A stretch of 64,000 nt of DNA from a virus. Lineage: Duplodnaviria; Caudoviricetes. Location of the stretch: positions 32,001 through 96,000 of IMG/VR virus record IMGVR_UViG_3300024507_000173; one strand, 5' to 3'. The notes below the pieces were generated by a model, which did not search any database, was not told the origin of the DNA, and saw nothing but the letters and a program-made list of their open reading frames with translations. The translations under genes and the position numbers were made by a program. The stretch's first letter is position 1. Each line of letters opens with the position of its first letter. Shown here piece by piece: positions 35,683-45,244 of this stretch.

Positions 35683-37948
35683 TAAACTGTTCCTTTAACC
35701 ATTCAAAGTCATTAATTTTTCTTAATGCATCGGGATTGTTTTTATTTTCTTCTCCGTACTTACGTCCTGCAATAGCACCTGCAATTGCATACTTGCCATA
35801 TTGTTTATCAATTCCTAATGAACACCAAGCATCTAATCTTTGTTGTGTTTCATCTTCATATTGACGTTCAATTACACGACTTGATAATTTACAACATTCT
35901 CTAAATGCTGATCTCCAGGTTGCAAACTCATCTGTATTAAACGAATTAATGTTCGATACATCATCCATAGCTTTAAATTTTTTAGATATAGAAGTTGTCA
36001 TATCCGGAGTTGTTACATCCATTGATAATGTTAATAGTCTTGGTAATAATTTTACACCACCGTTACCATATTCTAAATCGTTTATTGGGTTTCTACTACG
36101 CCACACGTGAACACAATCTATGTCATAACTAGACATAGTTAGATCAAAATTAAAATTATCTTCAATGATTGCATCGCCATCAACTATCCATATCATATCA
36201 GTGTTACACATTTCAGCTGCCTTAATATGCGCTTGATGTATTCCTTTAACACCGTGGACTCTTTTTGCTCGAGGACACTTGACCAGCAATCTATTATAAT
36301 TTTCATCTGCATTAGGTTCGTTGTAACTGATAAAAACAACGTCATATAATCGATGCTTAGAAACTAAACGATCGTGTTCTTTTCTTTCTATTAAAAATCG
36401 ATGTTTAAATTCTCGATGACCTATAACCTTTGTCTTTGAAAATAATGCTAACCCGTTAATATAAATTTCTGTACCGTTAAACATATGTTTGAACATATGA
36501 TTTTCTTTTCTATCGTGATCGGACTTGCCGTCGTTAGGATCAAAATATAAATCAAAAACTGTTTCGTCAGTTATATCAATTTCTGGCCATATTCCCCAAA
36601 ACAAAGGTTGAGTTTCTTTTTCTATAATTTGTTGATATTCATCATAGGTAGTTAACGTATATCTATTATATCTATATCGGCTAACAACACGATTGTGTTC
36701 TTTTTTATCAATTAAATATCGTCTATTAAATTCTCTTTGAGAAATAATTTTAGATGTTGAACATAGAACAAGACCATTTAAATAGGATTCTTTATCATTG
36801 CATAAATTTTTAAACATATGATTTTCTTCTCTATCGTGATCATATTTGCCGTCGTTAGGATCAAAATATAAATCAAAAATAGTATTATCTAAAATTTCAA
36901 TGTTAGGCCATATGCACCAAAACATTTTTTGTTTTTCGTTTTTAACAATTTCTAAATATTGATCGTATGTTGATATATTGTATACTGGATATTGAAATTT
37001 GCTTGCTACAATATTATATTCTTTTTTATCAGTGGCATATTGACTTTCAAACTCTGTTGGGGACATCTGTTTATACTTACTGCAAAGAACCATGCCGCTT
37101 ATATAAGACTCAACATCATTACATAAATTTTTAAAAATATGATTTTCTCTACGATCATATGTATTATGATGACTAAAGTATAAATCAAGTACCGATTCAT
37201 TTATAATTTTAGTCTCGGGCCATACGACCCAAAACATATCATCTTTAATTTGTTGATATTCTTCAAATGTATTAGGAGAATATACACTATATTTTTTCGG
37301 TGTACTTGCAACAATATCTATTTCTTTTTTATCTGCAAAAAATCTATGATAAAATTCTCTCTTAGAAACTTTTACATTTTTTGGAAATAAGCAAATGCCG
37401 TCAAAAAATTCTCCATTTTTAAAAATATGGACAATATTAGAATTATGCTTAGGAACTTTATAATTAAATTTAAAATCTTTTTTGACATTTACGTCAGGCC
37501 AAATTGCCCAAAACATATCTGTATTAGAATGTTCAATAGCATTTAAATAATCATCGTAATTATTAATATTAAATTTATCGTATCCTAACGGAACACTGGC
37601 AACTATATCTATTTCTTTTTTGTCTGTAAAAAATCTATTATCAAATTCTCTTTGAGAAATTGTAGTTGATTTAGGAAACAAACATATACCATCATAGTGT
37701 TCACTGTTTTTAAAAACGTGAACATACATATCGTCCCACTTAGTGGCTTTGTACTCTGTTAAATTAAACGTATCTACTAAATCTATATCGTCCCAGATAA
37801 CCCAGAACATTTTTGTAAAAGATTTAGATTTAATCTGATCATATGTTGTTATGTTTGTCAAACGTTGAGATAACGGATACTTAGATTTTATTTTTAGCCA
37901 AGTATCGTCATTTCCTTCAGTTTTAGAAACATAAAAAATATCATACAT
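35666..37948 (-). CDS. GT-A glycosyltransferase-like protein with five degenerate N-terminal repeats
   Basis: Five (M/L)FWxxWxx units, then a C-terminal domain DVVFISYNEPNAD...RVHGVKG...WIVDGDA (DxD)...YGNGGVK...WRSAFRE. Confidence 0.75.
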   Translation of the reverse strand: MYDIFYVSKTEGNDDTWLKIKSKYPLSQRLTNITTYDQIKSKSFTKMFWVIWDDIDLVDTFNLTEYKATKWDDMYVHVFKNSEHYDGICLFPKSTTISQREFDNRFFTDKKEIDIVASVPLGYDKFNINNYDDYLNAIEHSNTDMFWAIWPDVNVKKDFKFNYKVPKHNSNIVHIFKNGEFFDGICLFPKNVKVSKREFYHRFFADKKEIDIVASTPKKYSVYSPNTFEEYQQIKDDMFWVVWPETKIINESVLDLYFSHHNTYDRRENHIFKNLCNDVESYISGMVLCSKYKQMSPTEFESQYATDKKEYNIVASKFQYPVYNISTYDQYLEIVKNEKQKMFWCIWPNIEILDNTIFDLYFDPNDGKYDHDREENHMFKNLCNDKESYLNGLVLCSTSKIISQREFNRRYLIDKKEHNRVVSRYRYNRYTLTTYDEYQQIIEKETQPLFWGIWPEIDITDETVFDLYFDPNDGKSDHDRKENHMFKHMFNGTEIYINGLALFSKTKVIGHREFKHRFLIERKEHDRLVSKHRLYDVVFISYNEPNADENYNRLLVKCPRAKRVHGVKGIHQAHIKAAEMCNTDMIWIVDGDAIIEDNFNFDLTMSSYDIDCVHVWRSRNPINDLEYGNGGVKLLPRLLTLSMDVTTPDMTTSISKKFKAMDDVSNINSFNTDEFATWRSAFRECCKLSSRVIERQYEDETQQRLDAWCSLGIDKQYGKYAIAGAIAGRKYGEENKNNPDALRKINDFEWLKEQFSGIQP
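36492..36879. repeat. Near-identical ~67-bp direct repeats 321 bp apart (internal domain duplication)
   Basis: AACATATGATTTTCTT(T/C)TCTATCGTGATC....TTGCCGTCGTTAGGATCAAAATATAAATCAAAAA at 36492-36558 and 36813-36879. Confidence 0.85.
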
Positions 37949-38840
37949 TTGCAGGTACCGGCATCTTAAAATATGTATCGTTTAGATTCATTGTTTCATT
38001 GTATAAATCTAATGTATATTTGCTTTGACGTGCATCTAACCACGGCCAGTCTAATCCTAATTCGTGTTTAATTTTAGTTCCGTAATCTTGTGCATCTTCT
38101 TCTACAAAGGTATGATTAACTTTTGTTTCATATATTTCTCTTAGGATTTCAAAATCTCTAACGTCAACATAATTCCAATCTGTACAATTAGTCATCCAGG
38201 TTCCCATACGAGCACCTAATACTGCATAAGTACCGTGTTCTTCGTGAGCTCCAACTGTTGACCACATACGTAATCTATGAATATTGTGCCACCATATGTG
38301 TTGTTTAATTTCCATAGGAGGTACTTTGACACCGTCAAGGAGAGTCATTTTTACGCCTTCACGAAATCCTGCTCTCCAGGCCTGGAACGGACTTCCAGTT
38401 ATAATGCTATCACTAAAACTTAAAGGAAAATTTCGATAACCATCTTCCCAACAAAAATCTACTTGTCCTCTATCACTATCCGAGTTCTCGTGTGTCTTCA
38501 TATTAAGAACAAAATCTTTTTTCCAGATTTTTAATCCACCATTACCGTAACGCAGGCCATTGATAACGTTGCGGCCGCACCATCCATAGACCTGTATCTT
38601 TGGATCGCTCATATCTAAATCAATATTAAAGAATCTAGGATCTACAATATTATCTGCATCAACAGTAATAAACCAATCAGTTTCGCTTTGTTCTGCTGCT
38701 GCTTTGTGTGCGTGATCACTGCCTTTAACACCGTGTACACGTTTTGCCCAAGGCACTTTGGTACAAAGATCAGCGTAGTGTAAATCTGCATTGGGTTCGT
38801 CGTAACTTAAAAAGATAACATCAAATTCTATAGTTTTCAT
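37941..38840 (-). CDS. GT-A glycosyltransferase-like protein
   Basis: DVIFLSYDEPNAD...RVHGVKG...ITVDADN (DxD)...YGNGGLK...AWRAGFREG; paralogous to the C-terminal domain of the next gene. Confidence 0.78.
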   Translation of the reverse strand: MKTIEFDVIFLSYDEPNADLHYADLCTKVPWAKRVHGVKGSDHAHKAAAEQSETDWFITVDADNIVDPRFFNIDLDMSDPKIQVYGWCGRNVINGLRYGNGGLKIWKKDFVLNMKTHENSDSDRGQVDFCWEDGYRNFPLSFSDSIITGSPFQAWRAGFREGVKMTLLDGVKVPPMEIKQHIWWHNIHRLRMWSTVGAHEEHGTYAVLGARMGTWMTNCTDWNYVDVRDFEILREIYETKVNHTFVEEDAQDYGTKIKHELGLDWPWLDARQSKYTLDLYNETMNLNDTYFKMPVPANV

Positions 38841-39460
38841 TTGTATTCAATCACATAATTTTTAAACAGACGTCTTGTATAAACGCTAAACGTACTATAA
38901 TCTATATCGTTAATAACCTTGGAATCTCCGATAAGTTCATTAATTTTAACAGAAATTGTATCAAAAATCAAGTTAGGATCGTTATATTCGGTGATGTAAA
39001 ATTTCATCTCAGTATCTCCGTCCCAAACAAAATTTCGTTTTTTAACTTCTTGGTTTACCTTTTTTGTTCCGCCAAATTCTTCAGATAACTCTATAATTAA
39101 AACACCGCTATCAGCTATGTGTGTTATGTACACATCTGGTTTTTCTATTTCGGAATATTTTAAAGAAACAACTCTATGTAAAATATCGTCTAACTTTGTT
39201 AATGTACGAATTTCAGAAATTTCAAATTCATTAGAGTTAATATCAACCAAACACTTTTCAATACCCAATTTTCCATCAATAATAGATTCAGCAATTAAGG
39301 TGTCAATGTTTACTTTATGTTTTTCATCTTTAAATGCTGTGTCAGGCCCTACGGAAATTACTTTTCCGGAAAAAGGATCGAAGACTGCAACGTAATTAAC
39401 TTCAGCAATTTTAAAATTAGCTAACCATACATCAAAATCATCAATTACTATTTCTTCCAT
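38837..39460 (-). CDS. Hypothetical protein in the GT operon
   Basis: 207 aa, overlaps both neighbours. Confidence 0.65.
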   Translation of the reverse strand: MEEIVIDDFDVWLANFKIAEVNYVAVFDPFSGKVISVGPDTAFKDEKHKVNIDTLIAESIIDGKLGIEKCLVDINSNEFEISEIRTLTKLDDILHRVVSLKYSEIEKPDVYITHIADSGVLIIELSEEFGGTKKVNQEVKKRNFVWDGDTEMKFYITEYNDPNLIFDTISVKINELIGDSKVINDIDYSTFSVYTRRLFKNYVIEYK

Positions 39461-40287
39461 ACTATTTCCTCTAAAATGCTAACTATTTCTTCTGTAATTT
39501 TATCTTTTTCAACATAATGAACAATATTATGTTGTTGAAAATTTCCTAATTTTAAATTTCCTTTTTTATTCAAATAAAATCCAATATGATTGCTCCACTT
39601 GTCAGACGGCCAAGGCCAATTTTGTATCATTGGCTTCATATGTACAATTTTAGGAAATTCTAATTTATAGGCTATTTCTGCCTCAATATCTAAAATTTTT
39701 GCAGACAAGGCAAATGCTTCATCAGTTCCTAACACCTTTGGTTTATATTGTGTTAAAAACAAATTAGAATACTCAGTTGGATTTTTAATTATATATCGAC
39801 CTAACTTAAAAAAGTCGTCTGCTAAATTAGAATCTTTTTTAAAGAATGTCCACATAGAATAAAGATTTGGAAGATCATTTTTTGTGAAAGTTTTTCTATA
39901 AAAATCGTTAGTTACTAAATCTCCACGATATGTATACGTGTCATTAGCTACATATAATTCAGAATTTTCAACAAAATAATCAATCCAGTGGCTGTAATCT
40001 CTAAAAAATAACATATCGACGTCAAGACACACCGTATGGTCAAATGGAGTTAGTTTATCCATCCAACTTCTACCATCCCAGAATGTTTCTTGACTCCATT
40101 CGATAACGTGATCAAATACCCAAGAGCTTTTTAATTTGTCTAATTTAGATTTGTCGTCAATGACTATGGCAACTTTATCATAGCCTTCTTTTTGTGTGTT
40201 TTTTATACTAAGTGCCAATGCATATGCCAACTGTAAATAATCTACAGTTTTGTTTTCGGCAACAATTAACAAATATCCAAAATTCAT
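39448..40287 (-). CDS. GT8-like glycosyltransferase
   Basis: YLQLAYALALSIK, LTPFDHTVCLDVDMLF (DxD), TDEAFAL, VHMKP, VHYVEK. Confidence 0.75.
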   Translation of the reverse strand: MNFGYLLIVAENKTVDYLQLAYALALSIKNTQKEGYDKVAIVIDDKSKLDKLKSSWVFDHVIEWSQETFWDGRSWMDKLTPFDHTVCLDVDMLFFRDYSHWIDYFVENSELYVANDTYTYRGDLVTNDFYRKTFTKNDLPNLYSMWTFFKKDSNLADDFFKLGRYIIKNPTEYSNLFLTQYKPKVLGTDEAFALSAKILDIEAEIAYKLEFPKIVHMKPMIQNWPWPSDKWSNHIGFYLNKKGNLKLGNFQQHNIVHYVEKDKITEEIVSILEEIVWKK

Positions 40288-41144
40288 ATTAAATCCAATA
40301 ATTTATCTTTGTGCCTAATAATACTTTGTTTATTCATAATATGAATATCTATATTGCTCACAGACGAAGGAAAATAATTACTGTCAAGATTGTAATTTAT
40401 TAAAAATTTTAATTTGTCATTGTCTACGCTGTACAAAATATCTTTGTCTAATGTTGTTAACACTGGCGGAAGCGAGTTGACTGAGGATTGTTCAAATCCG
40501 TCTAATATGTGTTTTGCTATACTGAAAGCAATATCATTTCTATACTGTGTAGGATTAAATCCAAAAATGTCTGAATAATATTCATAATTTTCTTTTATTA
40601 AACCTACCATATCAAAAAATAGTTTAGAATTTTCATTCTTAGTAAACATTACAGTGGTTGCCCAATACATTTTAATTCCAGTATCAGATATATGTTTATC
40701 TAAATAACCTAATCTATCATTACTATAAATGTCGTTAATAGATTCACCTATCATAACATCGCAATCAACATTCCAGTACTTGTTTAGATGATCTGAAAAA
40801 ATTAAATAATCACTGTCAATTAATAATGTTCTATCGTAAGGTGTTAATTCCCAGGCACTATGTCGATTAGAATTTATAAACGGCACAGTTGTAGACTCCT
40901 CACCGTCGTGTAATTTTCTTTGATTGTTTGTAATCGGTCTATCTATAATAATTAAATTTTCAAATACTGACATTGCTTTTTCAAATATGTTTGATTCTTT
41001 CATCCACTCAACAGTCGAAGGATCAGTTACTAAAGATACAGGAACATTTAAATTTTTTTTAGCAAGGCCTCCAGATATTAAAGACATTAATGCGTAATCG
41101 AGAGTTCGATTATTGTGAGCATAAATTAAAATACCTGTATTCAT
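40284..41144 (-). CDS. GT8-like glycosyltransferase, paralogue
   Basis: LTPYDRTLLIDSDYL (DxD), WATTVMF, YRNDIAFSIA, DIHIMNK. Confidence 0.75.
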   Translation of the reverse strand: MNTGILIYAHNNRTLDYALMSLISGGLAKKNLNVPVSLVTDPSTVEWMKESNIFEKAMSVFENLIIIDRPITNNQRKLHDGEESTTVPFINSNRHSAWELTPYDRTLLIDSDYLIFSDHLNKYWNVDCDVMIGESINDIYSNDRLGYLDKHISDTGIKMYWATTVMFTKNENSKLFFDMVGLIKENYEYYSDIFGFNPTQYRNDIAFSIAKHILDGFEQSSVNSLPPVLTTLDKDILYSVDNDKLKFLINYNLDSNYFPSSVSNIDIHIMNKQSIIRHKDKLLDLI

Positions 41145-41488
41145 TGTTCTAATAATTTTTCAACAGATCGGCTTTTCTTTAAATTTTGATAGGCCGTATA
41201 ATATTCATTTGACGATTCAAAATATCTATTAAAAATTTCATTTTTAAAATCTTCTAAACTTTCGATTAAAATCGGTGTGTTATTTTTATCTAGAATAATG
41301 CTATCTGTCCTTCCTTTATTGCAAAGCATCTCAACAAAAGTTAGAAGTGTTTGATCAATATAAAATATTCCACCATTAACACCGTATGTTAATTTGGCTT
41401 CAATTTTTTCTTTAAGGATTTTACGTTGAATTGAAAAAGTTTGTTGGTAGTTAGAAAAGTCTAACGATTTTTTCAAAAGGTCGTCCAT
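41141..41488 (-). CDS. Hypothetical protein, first gene of the GT/radical SAM operon
   Basis: GGAG SD; NGGIFYI...IILDKNNTPI. Confidence 0.7.
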   Translation of the reverse strand: MDDLLKKSLDFSNYQQTFSIQRKILKEKIEAKLTYGVNGGIFYIDQTLLTFVEMLCNKGRTDSIILDKNNTPILIESLEDFKNEIFNRYFESSNEYYTAYQNLKKSRSVEKLLEQ

Positions 41489-41497
41489 ACAATCTCC

Positions 41498-41521
41498 AAT
41501 AATGTGCGCACATTATTTATG
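41498..41521 (-). promoter_or_regulatory. Late promoter CATAAATA overlapping a perfect 20-bp palindrome
   Basis: Minus strand reads CATAAATAATGTGCGCACATTATT-GGAG-ATTGT-ATG; palindrome AATAATGTGCGCACATTATT at 41498-41517. Confidence 0.7.
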
Positions 41522-41546
41522 TTGTGGGATTGTAGGGAGAAAAAAA

Positions 41547-42467
41547 TTAAGAGAACGTGATTGATCCAATACTAAACGTTGGATTTGTAACAGTAAAATT
41601 GCCTGTTCCTAAAGGGTAAAGGATTCCGGTTGGATAAACTACACTAACATTCATTGTTACTGTTCCGTCAACTAAGTCCCCTGGTGGAGGAAAACCTGGA
41701 TCGGAGTATGCGTCAACTAAATTTATTTCGATTTCGCCAGACGCAGCAAGTCCGTTTACATTCAAAGGTTGATCAACAACTCTAGATTTTAATTGAATAG
41801 AATTGCTTCCGTATGGACTTGAAGCATTGGCACTATAATATGTTTGGAATGAATTATTACACTGGTACCAACTTGCTCCGTTTGCCGGAGTTGTAGATGT
41901 CGATCCGCCAAAATCTCTAGAACCAACTGCTGCTAGTAATTCTCTCCACTTTTGATTTTGTGCAGATGCAGTACCGTCTGTTCCTAAAGAAGCAGATACT
42001 CGAATTTTTCCGCCACTGTTAAAAAAATGTCTTGCTTGAGTAGCATTGGCCCAATAAAATTGCACAGTTGCCTTTGCAGAATTGCTCCAGGATCCGTTTC
42101 TAGAAGTTGACACCGTACTGGTAACTAATGATAAACCAGCTCCTACTGAAAATCTATTAGTTTCTATAGATGTGGCAAGAGTATCATACGTTGTAACTGG
42201 AGCATCTGTTGTACTGTAACGTACAGTACCTCCCTCGTTTACTGTTAAAATAGTAGGAAGTGTTCCGTTTTGATGTACATAAGCATTTATTATATCATAT
42301 TTTAAATTTGCCCATTCATTAATTGTAACTTTGCTGCTTACTGAAACATCGCTGCTTAGTAATGTTTGTCCGTAACCGTAGGTTACTGAGCCGGTCCCAA
42401 ATACCTGAGCCACTTTTGCACGAATAGAATTGTAATCCGCAACTTTAATTAGATCATTAACAGCCAT
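41547..42467 (-). CDS. Virion structural protein (S/T/G-rich, tail/baseplate-associated)
   Basis: DYNSIRAKV...GYGQ...ARHFFNSGGKIR; paralogue of the next gene; TTAAATA 5 nt upstream. Confidence 0.7.
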   Translation of the reverse strand: MAVNDLIKVADYNSIRAKVAQVFGTGSVTYGYGQTLLSSDVSVSSKVTINEWANLKYDIINAYVHQNGTLPTILTVNEGGTVRYSTTDAPVTTYDTLATSIETNRFSVGAGLSLVTSTVSTSRNGSWSNSAKATVQFYWANATQARHFFNSGGKIRVSASLGTDGTASAQNQKWRELLAAVGSRDFGGSTSTTPANGASWYQCNNSFQTYYSANASSPYGSNSIQLKSRVVDQPLNVNGLAASGEIEINLVDAYSDPGFPPPGDLVDGTVTMNVSVVYPTGILYPLGTGNFTVTNPTFSIGSITFS

Positions 42468-42483
42468 GTCGTTATTTAATTAT

Positions 42484-43389
42484 TTAATAAACTGAATAAC
42501 TAGAAATTGAATATGTAGGACTAGTTATTGTCCAATTTCCGGTTGGTAATAGTGTTCCCGAAGCCTTTAATTCTGAAATAGCAACCGAAAGTGTCCCGCT
42601 AACAGAATCGCCCGGAGGAGGTGGATTTCCTGGACTTGGATCGGTATATCCGTCATTTAATGTTATTTTAAAATATAATATTTTTGCAGTACCTTCTGAA
42701 TTATCAGCTACGTCTGTTTTAACTTCTATGCTGTAATTATTTGCAGAATACGGTGTACTTTGAGCTTGACTAAAAACCGTTTGGTAGGAATTAGTCATAG
42801 TGTAATAATTTAATGTTGGATGAGTATTTGCTCCAAACGATACTGTACCTACAGTTAATAACAAATAAGCCCAGGCTCCATTTTGTAATGTTGATGTATT
42901 TCCGGAAAAAGCCGACGATACTCTAATTTTTCCTCCACTGTTGAAGAAATATCTTGCTTCGTCAGATGAGGAGAATGTTACTGTAACTGTTACTGTGGCT
43001 GATGAAGACCAAGTCGATGTTGTTGTTTGGCCTATTTTTGTTGTTACTGTGGAAGTACTTGGAGAAATATTAAACTTATTTTCTACTGCAGAATTAATTA
43101 TTGTGTCATAATTGTTATTAGGATAAGATGCTCCGTATCCAATTAAATCACCGGAGTTAATAGTTACTATGTTAGGAACAGCACCATCCTGATGGTACTT
43201 AATATTAACAATATCATAACGCAATGCGTCCCATTGGGCTTTAGTGATTTGATTACCTGCAAACACATCGGACGATTGAATCGTCTGATTATATCCACGT
43301 TGCCCTGAACCTGTGCCTAACAACGATACTGCTTTGGCTCTGATAGAATTATAATCAGAAGATAAGATATCTGATCCGTTTGTAGTCAT
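42484..43389 (-). CDS. Virion structural protein, paralogue
   Basis: DYNSIRAKA...GYNQ...ARYFFNSGGKIR...PYSANNY...PPPGD. Confidence 0.7.
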   Translation of the reverse strand: MTTNGSDILSSDYNSIRAKAVSLLGTGSGQRGYNQTIQSSDVFAGNQITKAQWDALRYDIVNIKYHQDGAVPNIVTINSGDLIGYGASYPNNNYDTIINSAVENKFNISPSTSTVTTKIGQTTTSTWSSSATVTVTVTFSSSDEARYFFNSGGKIRVSSAFSGNTSTLQNGAWAYLLLTVGTVSFGANTHPTLNYYTMTNSYQTVFSQAQSTPYSANNYSIEVKTDVADNSEGTAKILYFKITLNDGYTDPSPGNPPPPGDSVSGTLSVAISELKASGTLLPTGNWTITSPTYSISSYSVY

Positions 43390-43390
43390 A

Positions 43391-45199
43391 TTATAACACC
43401 AATGCTTCGATTAATTTAACGCCATCGTTACCGTTTGATTCCAATGCCACAGCAAATACATTAGCATAATTGCCGTGTGCAGCAATAGCTGCGCCGCCTG
43501 GTCCTGCAACTAAGCGATCTCCTTTTTTAACTGCGCCGTAAACTTTGCAAGGAACACGACCTTTTAGAGCAATATATGTTCCGCCTTCTAGATCTTTGTT
43601 CATCATATAAGCAGGATTAGTTGAAACTACACCAATTGCACGAGTATTAACATCTGCTGCTGTAACTTCTTTTTCTCCGCCTACTATAACAACTGTACCT
43701 GGTTCATATTCTTTATCTGTTAGATATTTTTCTGCCAAGTCAGCGTATCTAGCTGCTGTTGCTGTACCATTGAATATATTTGCTGTTAAATTTCCGCTAG
43801 AATCTCTAGCAGCAATAGAATAGGCAGTTGCTGTTAATCTTGCTGTTCTATATTGTGTAGATTCTGTTGAATCACTCCAAGCAGGATCTGTAACTGCATT
43901 GGTTTTGTCAAGGAATAATTTATCTGTATTATTAGACGTTCCAATAAATTGATTAGCAGTAATGTTACCACTTGTATCTCTAATTGGGATAGATGCTACG
44001 CCGCCTGCAGGAATATCACTAGTTGCTTCTAGGTCATTTAATTTTCCAGCATTAGTTGCGGTCGATGCTGATCCTGTTACAGAACCAGTTAATGTTCCTA
44101 CTAAGGTTGCACCAGTGTATCCAATCTGTTTTGTAGTTCCGTCTATTAATACTGTAGAGTCGGTGGCTAAAACACTTCCTGTATGCGTTCCTGTTGAATT
44201 TCCAGTAACATTTCCAACAAGACTTCCGGTAAATGTAGTAGAATAAACGTTGACCCATTTACTGCTGTCAGTGCCTAACGAATAAGTGCTGTTATCTCCA
44301 GGCACAATACCTGTTGATGTTATCACAGCAACATCTCTTTCATCAACTGTTGGAACTACTGAAATTCTAAAATATATAGGATTTCCTAACCGGTTTTCAA
44401 TAATAGTTTCGTCGCCGTTTTCAACACGAATTCTTAGATCACCGCCGGTTGCATCGCCTACTGTAAATCCAGGATCGCTGAATGCTACTTCAGATGTAAA
44501 TGCGTTATCACCAACTCTAATATACTGATCAGCATTGACTCCGCCTAACTGATTCGCATTTTGAGCTGTGCCCCACATAACGTAGTCGTCTGTTGAAACA
44601 CCTGTTTGTGATTTAGCTAGAGTAAATCCTTTCTTAATATATGTAAAATCTTCGATAGGATTTTGTGCATTATCAAGTGTAAATTCAGTTCTACTGAAAA
44701 TACCAACAACTTTATCATTTGTAATTACTTTTAATATTGTATGAGGTCCAATATCAGACGAAATAGTTCCTTTTACAACTTCACCAGCTATAATTGAAGT
44801 TCCTAGGTCTGGGCTGGACACTGGACCAACTAACGTATATCCAGTTCCGTTATAGGCATACAACTGTTTTGCTGACGAATCCCACCAAAAATCACCTGTT
44901 GCTAAACCAGACGGTGCTGTAGAACTAACTTCTGCACCGCTAGCAACTTTAAATTTTGACCCGTCATAAAATTTTAATTTTTTATTTTGAGAATCATACC
45001 AAATTTGACCTGTTACAGACTTCGGTGGAGGTGTAGTATTTGAAAAATTTTCTAGCAAATGTAGGAAATTTTCGTTTTGAACTTCGCCGTACCCGGCGTA
45101 ATTTTTACCAATGAAACGTAAATCTGTAGTTGTATCAATTGTACCGTCTGCAACTGATACTAAAAACGTTCCATTAAATTTGTTAACTTCGTATGCCAT
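43391..45199 (-). CDS. Tail fibre-like protein with a C-terminal autocleaving chaperone-like (peptidase G2-type) domain
   Basis: Shared N-terminal GKNYAGYGE...LLENF...GQIW module; C-terminal ARYADLAEKY...GVVSTNPAY...GRVPCKV...KGDRLV. Confidence 0.75.
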   Translation of the reverse strand: MAYEVNKFNGTFLVSVADGTIDTTTDLRFIGKNYAGYGEVQNENFLHLLENFSNTTPPPKSVTGQIWYDSQNKKLKFYDGSKFKVASGAEVSSTAPSGLATGDFWWDSSAKQLYAYNGTGYTLVGPVSSPDLGTSIIAGEVVKGTISSDIGPHTILKVITNDKVVGIFSRTEFTLDNAQNPIEDFTYIKKGFTLAKSQTGVSTDDYVMWGTAQNANQLGGVNADQYIRVGDNAFTSEVAFSDPGFTVGDATGGDLRIRVENGDETIIENRLGNPIYFRISVVPTVDERDVAVITSTGIVPGDNSTYSLGTDSSKWVNVYSTTFTGSLVGNVTGNSTGTHTGSVLATDSTVLIDGTTKQIGYTGATLVGTLTGSVTGSASTATNAGKLNDLEATSDIPAGGVASIPIRDTSGNITANQFIGTSNNTDKLFLDKTNAVTDPAWSDSTESTQYRTARLTATAYSIAARDSSGNLTANIFNGTATAARYADLAEKYLTDKEYEPGTVVIVGGEKEVTAADVNTRAIGVVSTNPAYMMNKDLEGGTYIALKGRVPCKVYGAVKKGDRLVAGPGGAAIAAHGNYANVFAVALESNGNDGVKLIEALVL

Positions 45200-45244
45200 A
45201 GTTTAATAGTCCCAAAATGTTTATATATTTATTAGTTAAACTTC

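Noticed and set aside
36492-36879. Direct repeat as a DGR template/variable repeat pair
   Set aside because: Both copies are in frame inside one gene at a 107-codon period, and there is no reverse transcriptase in the window.
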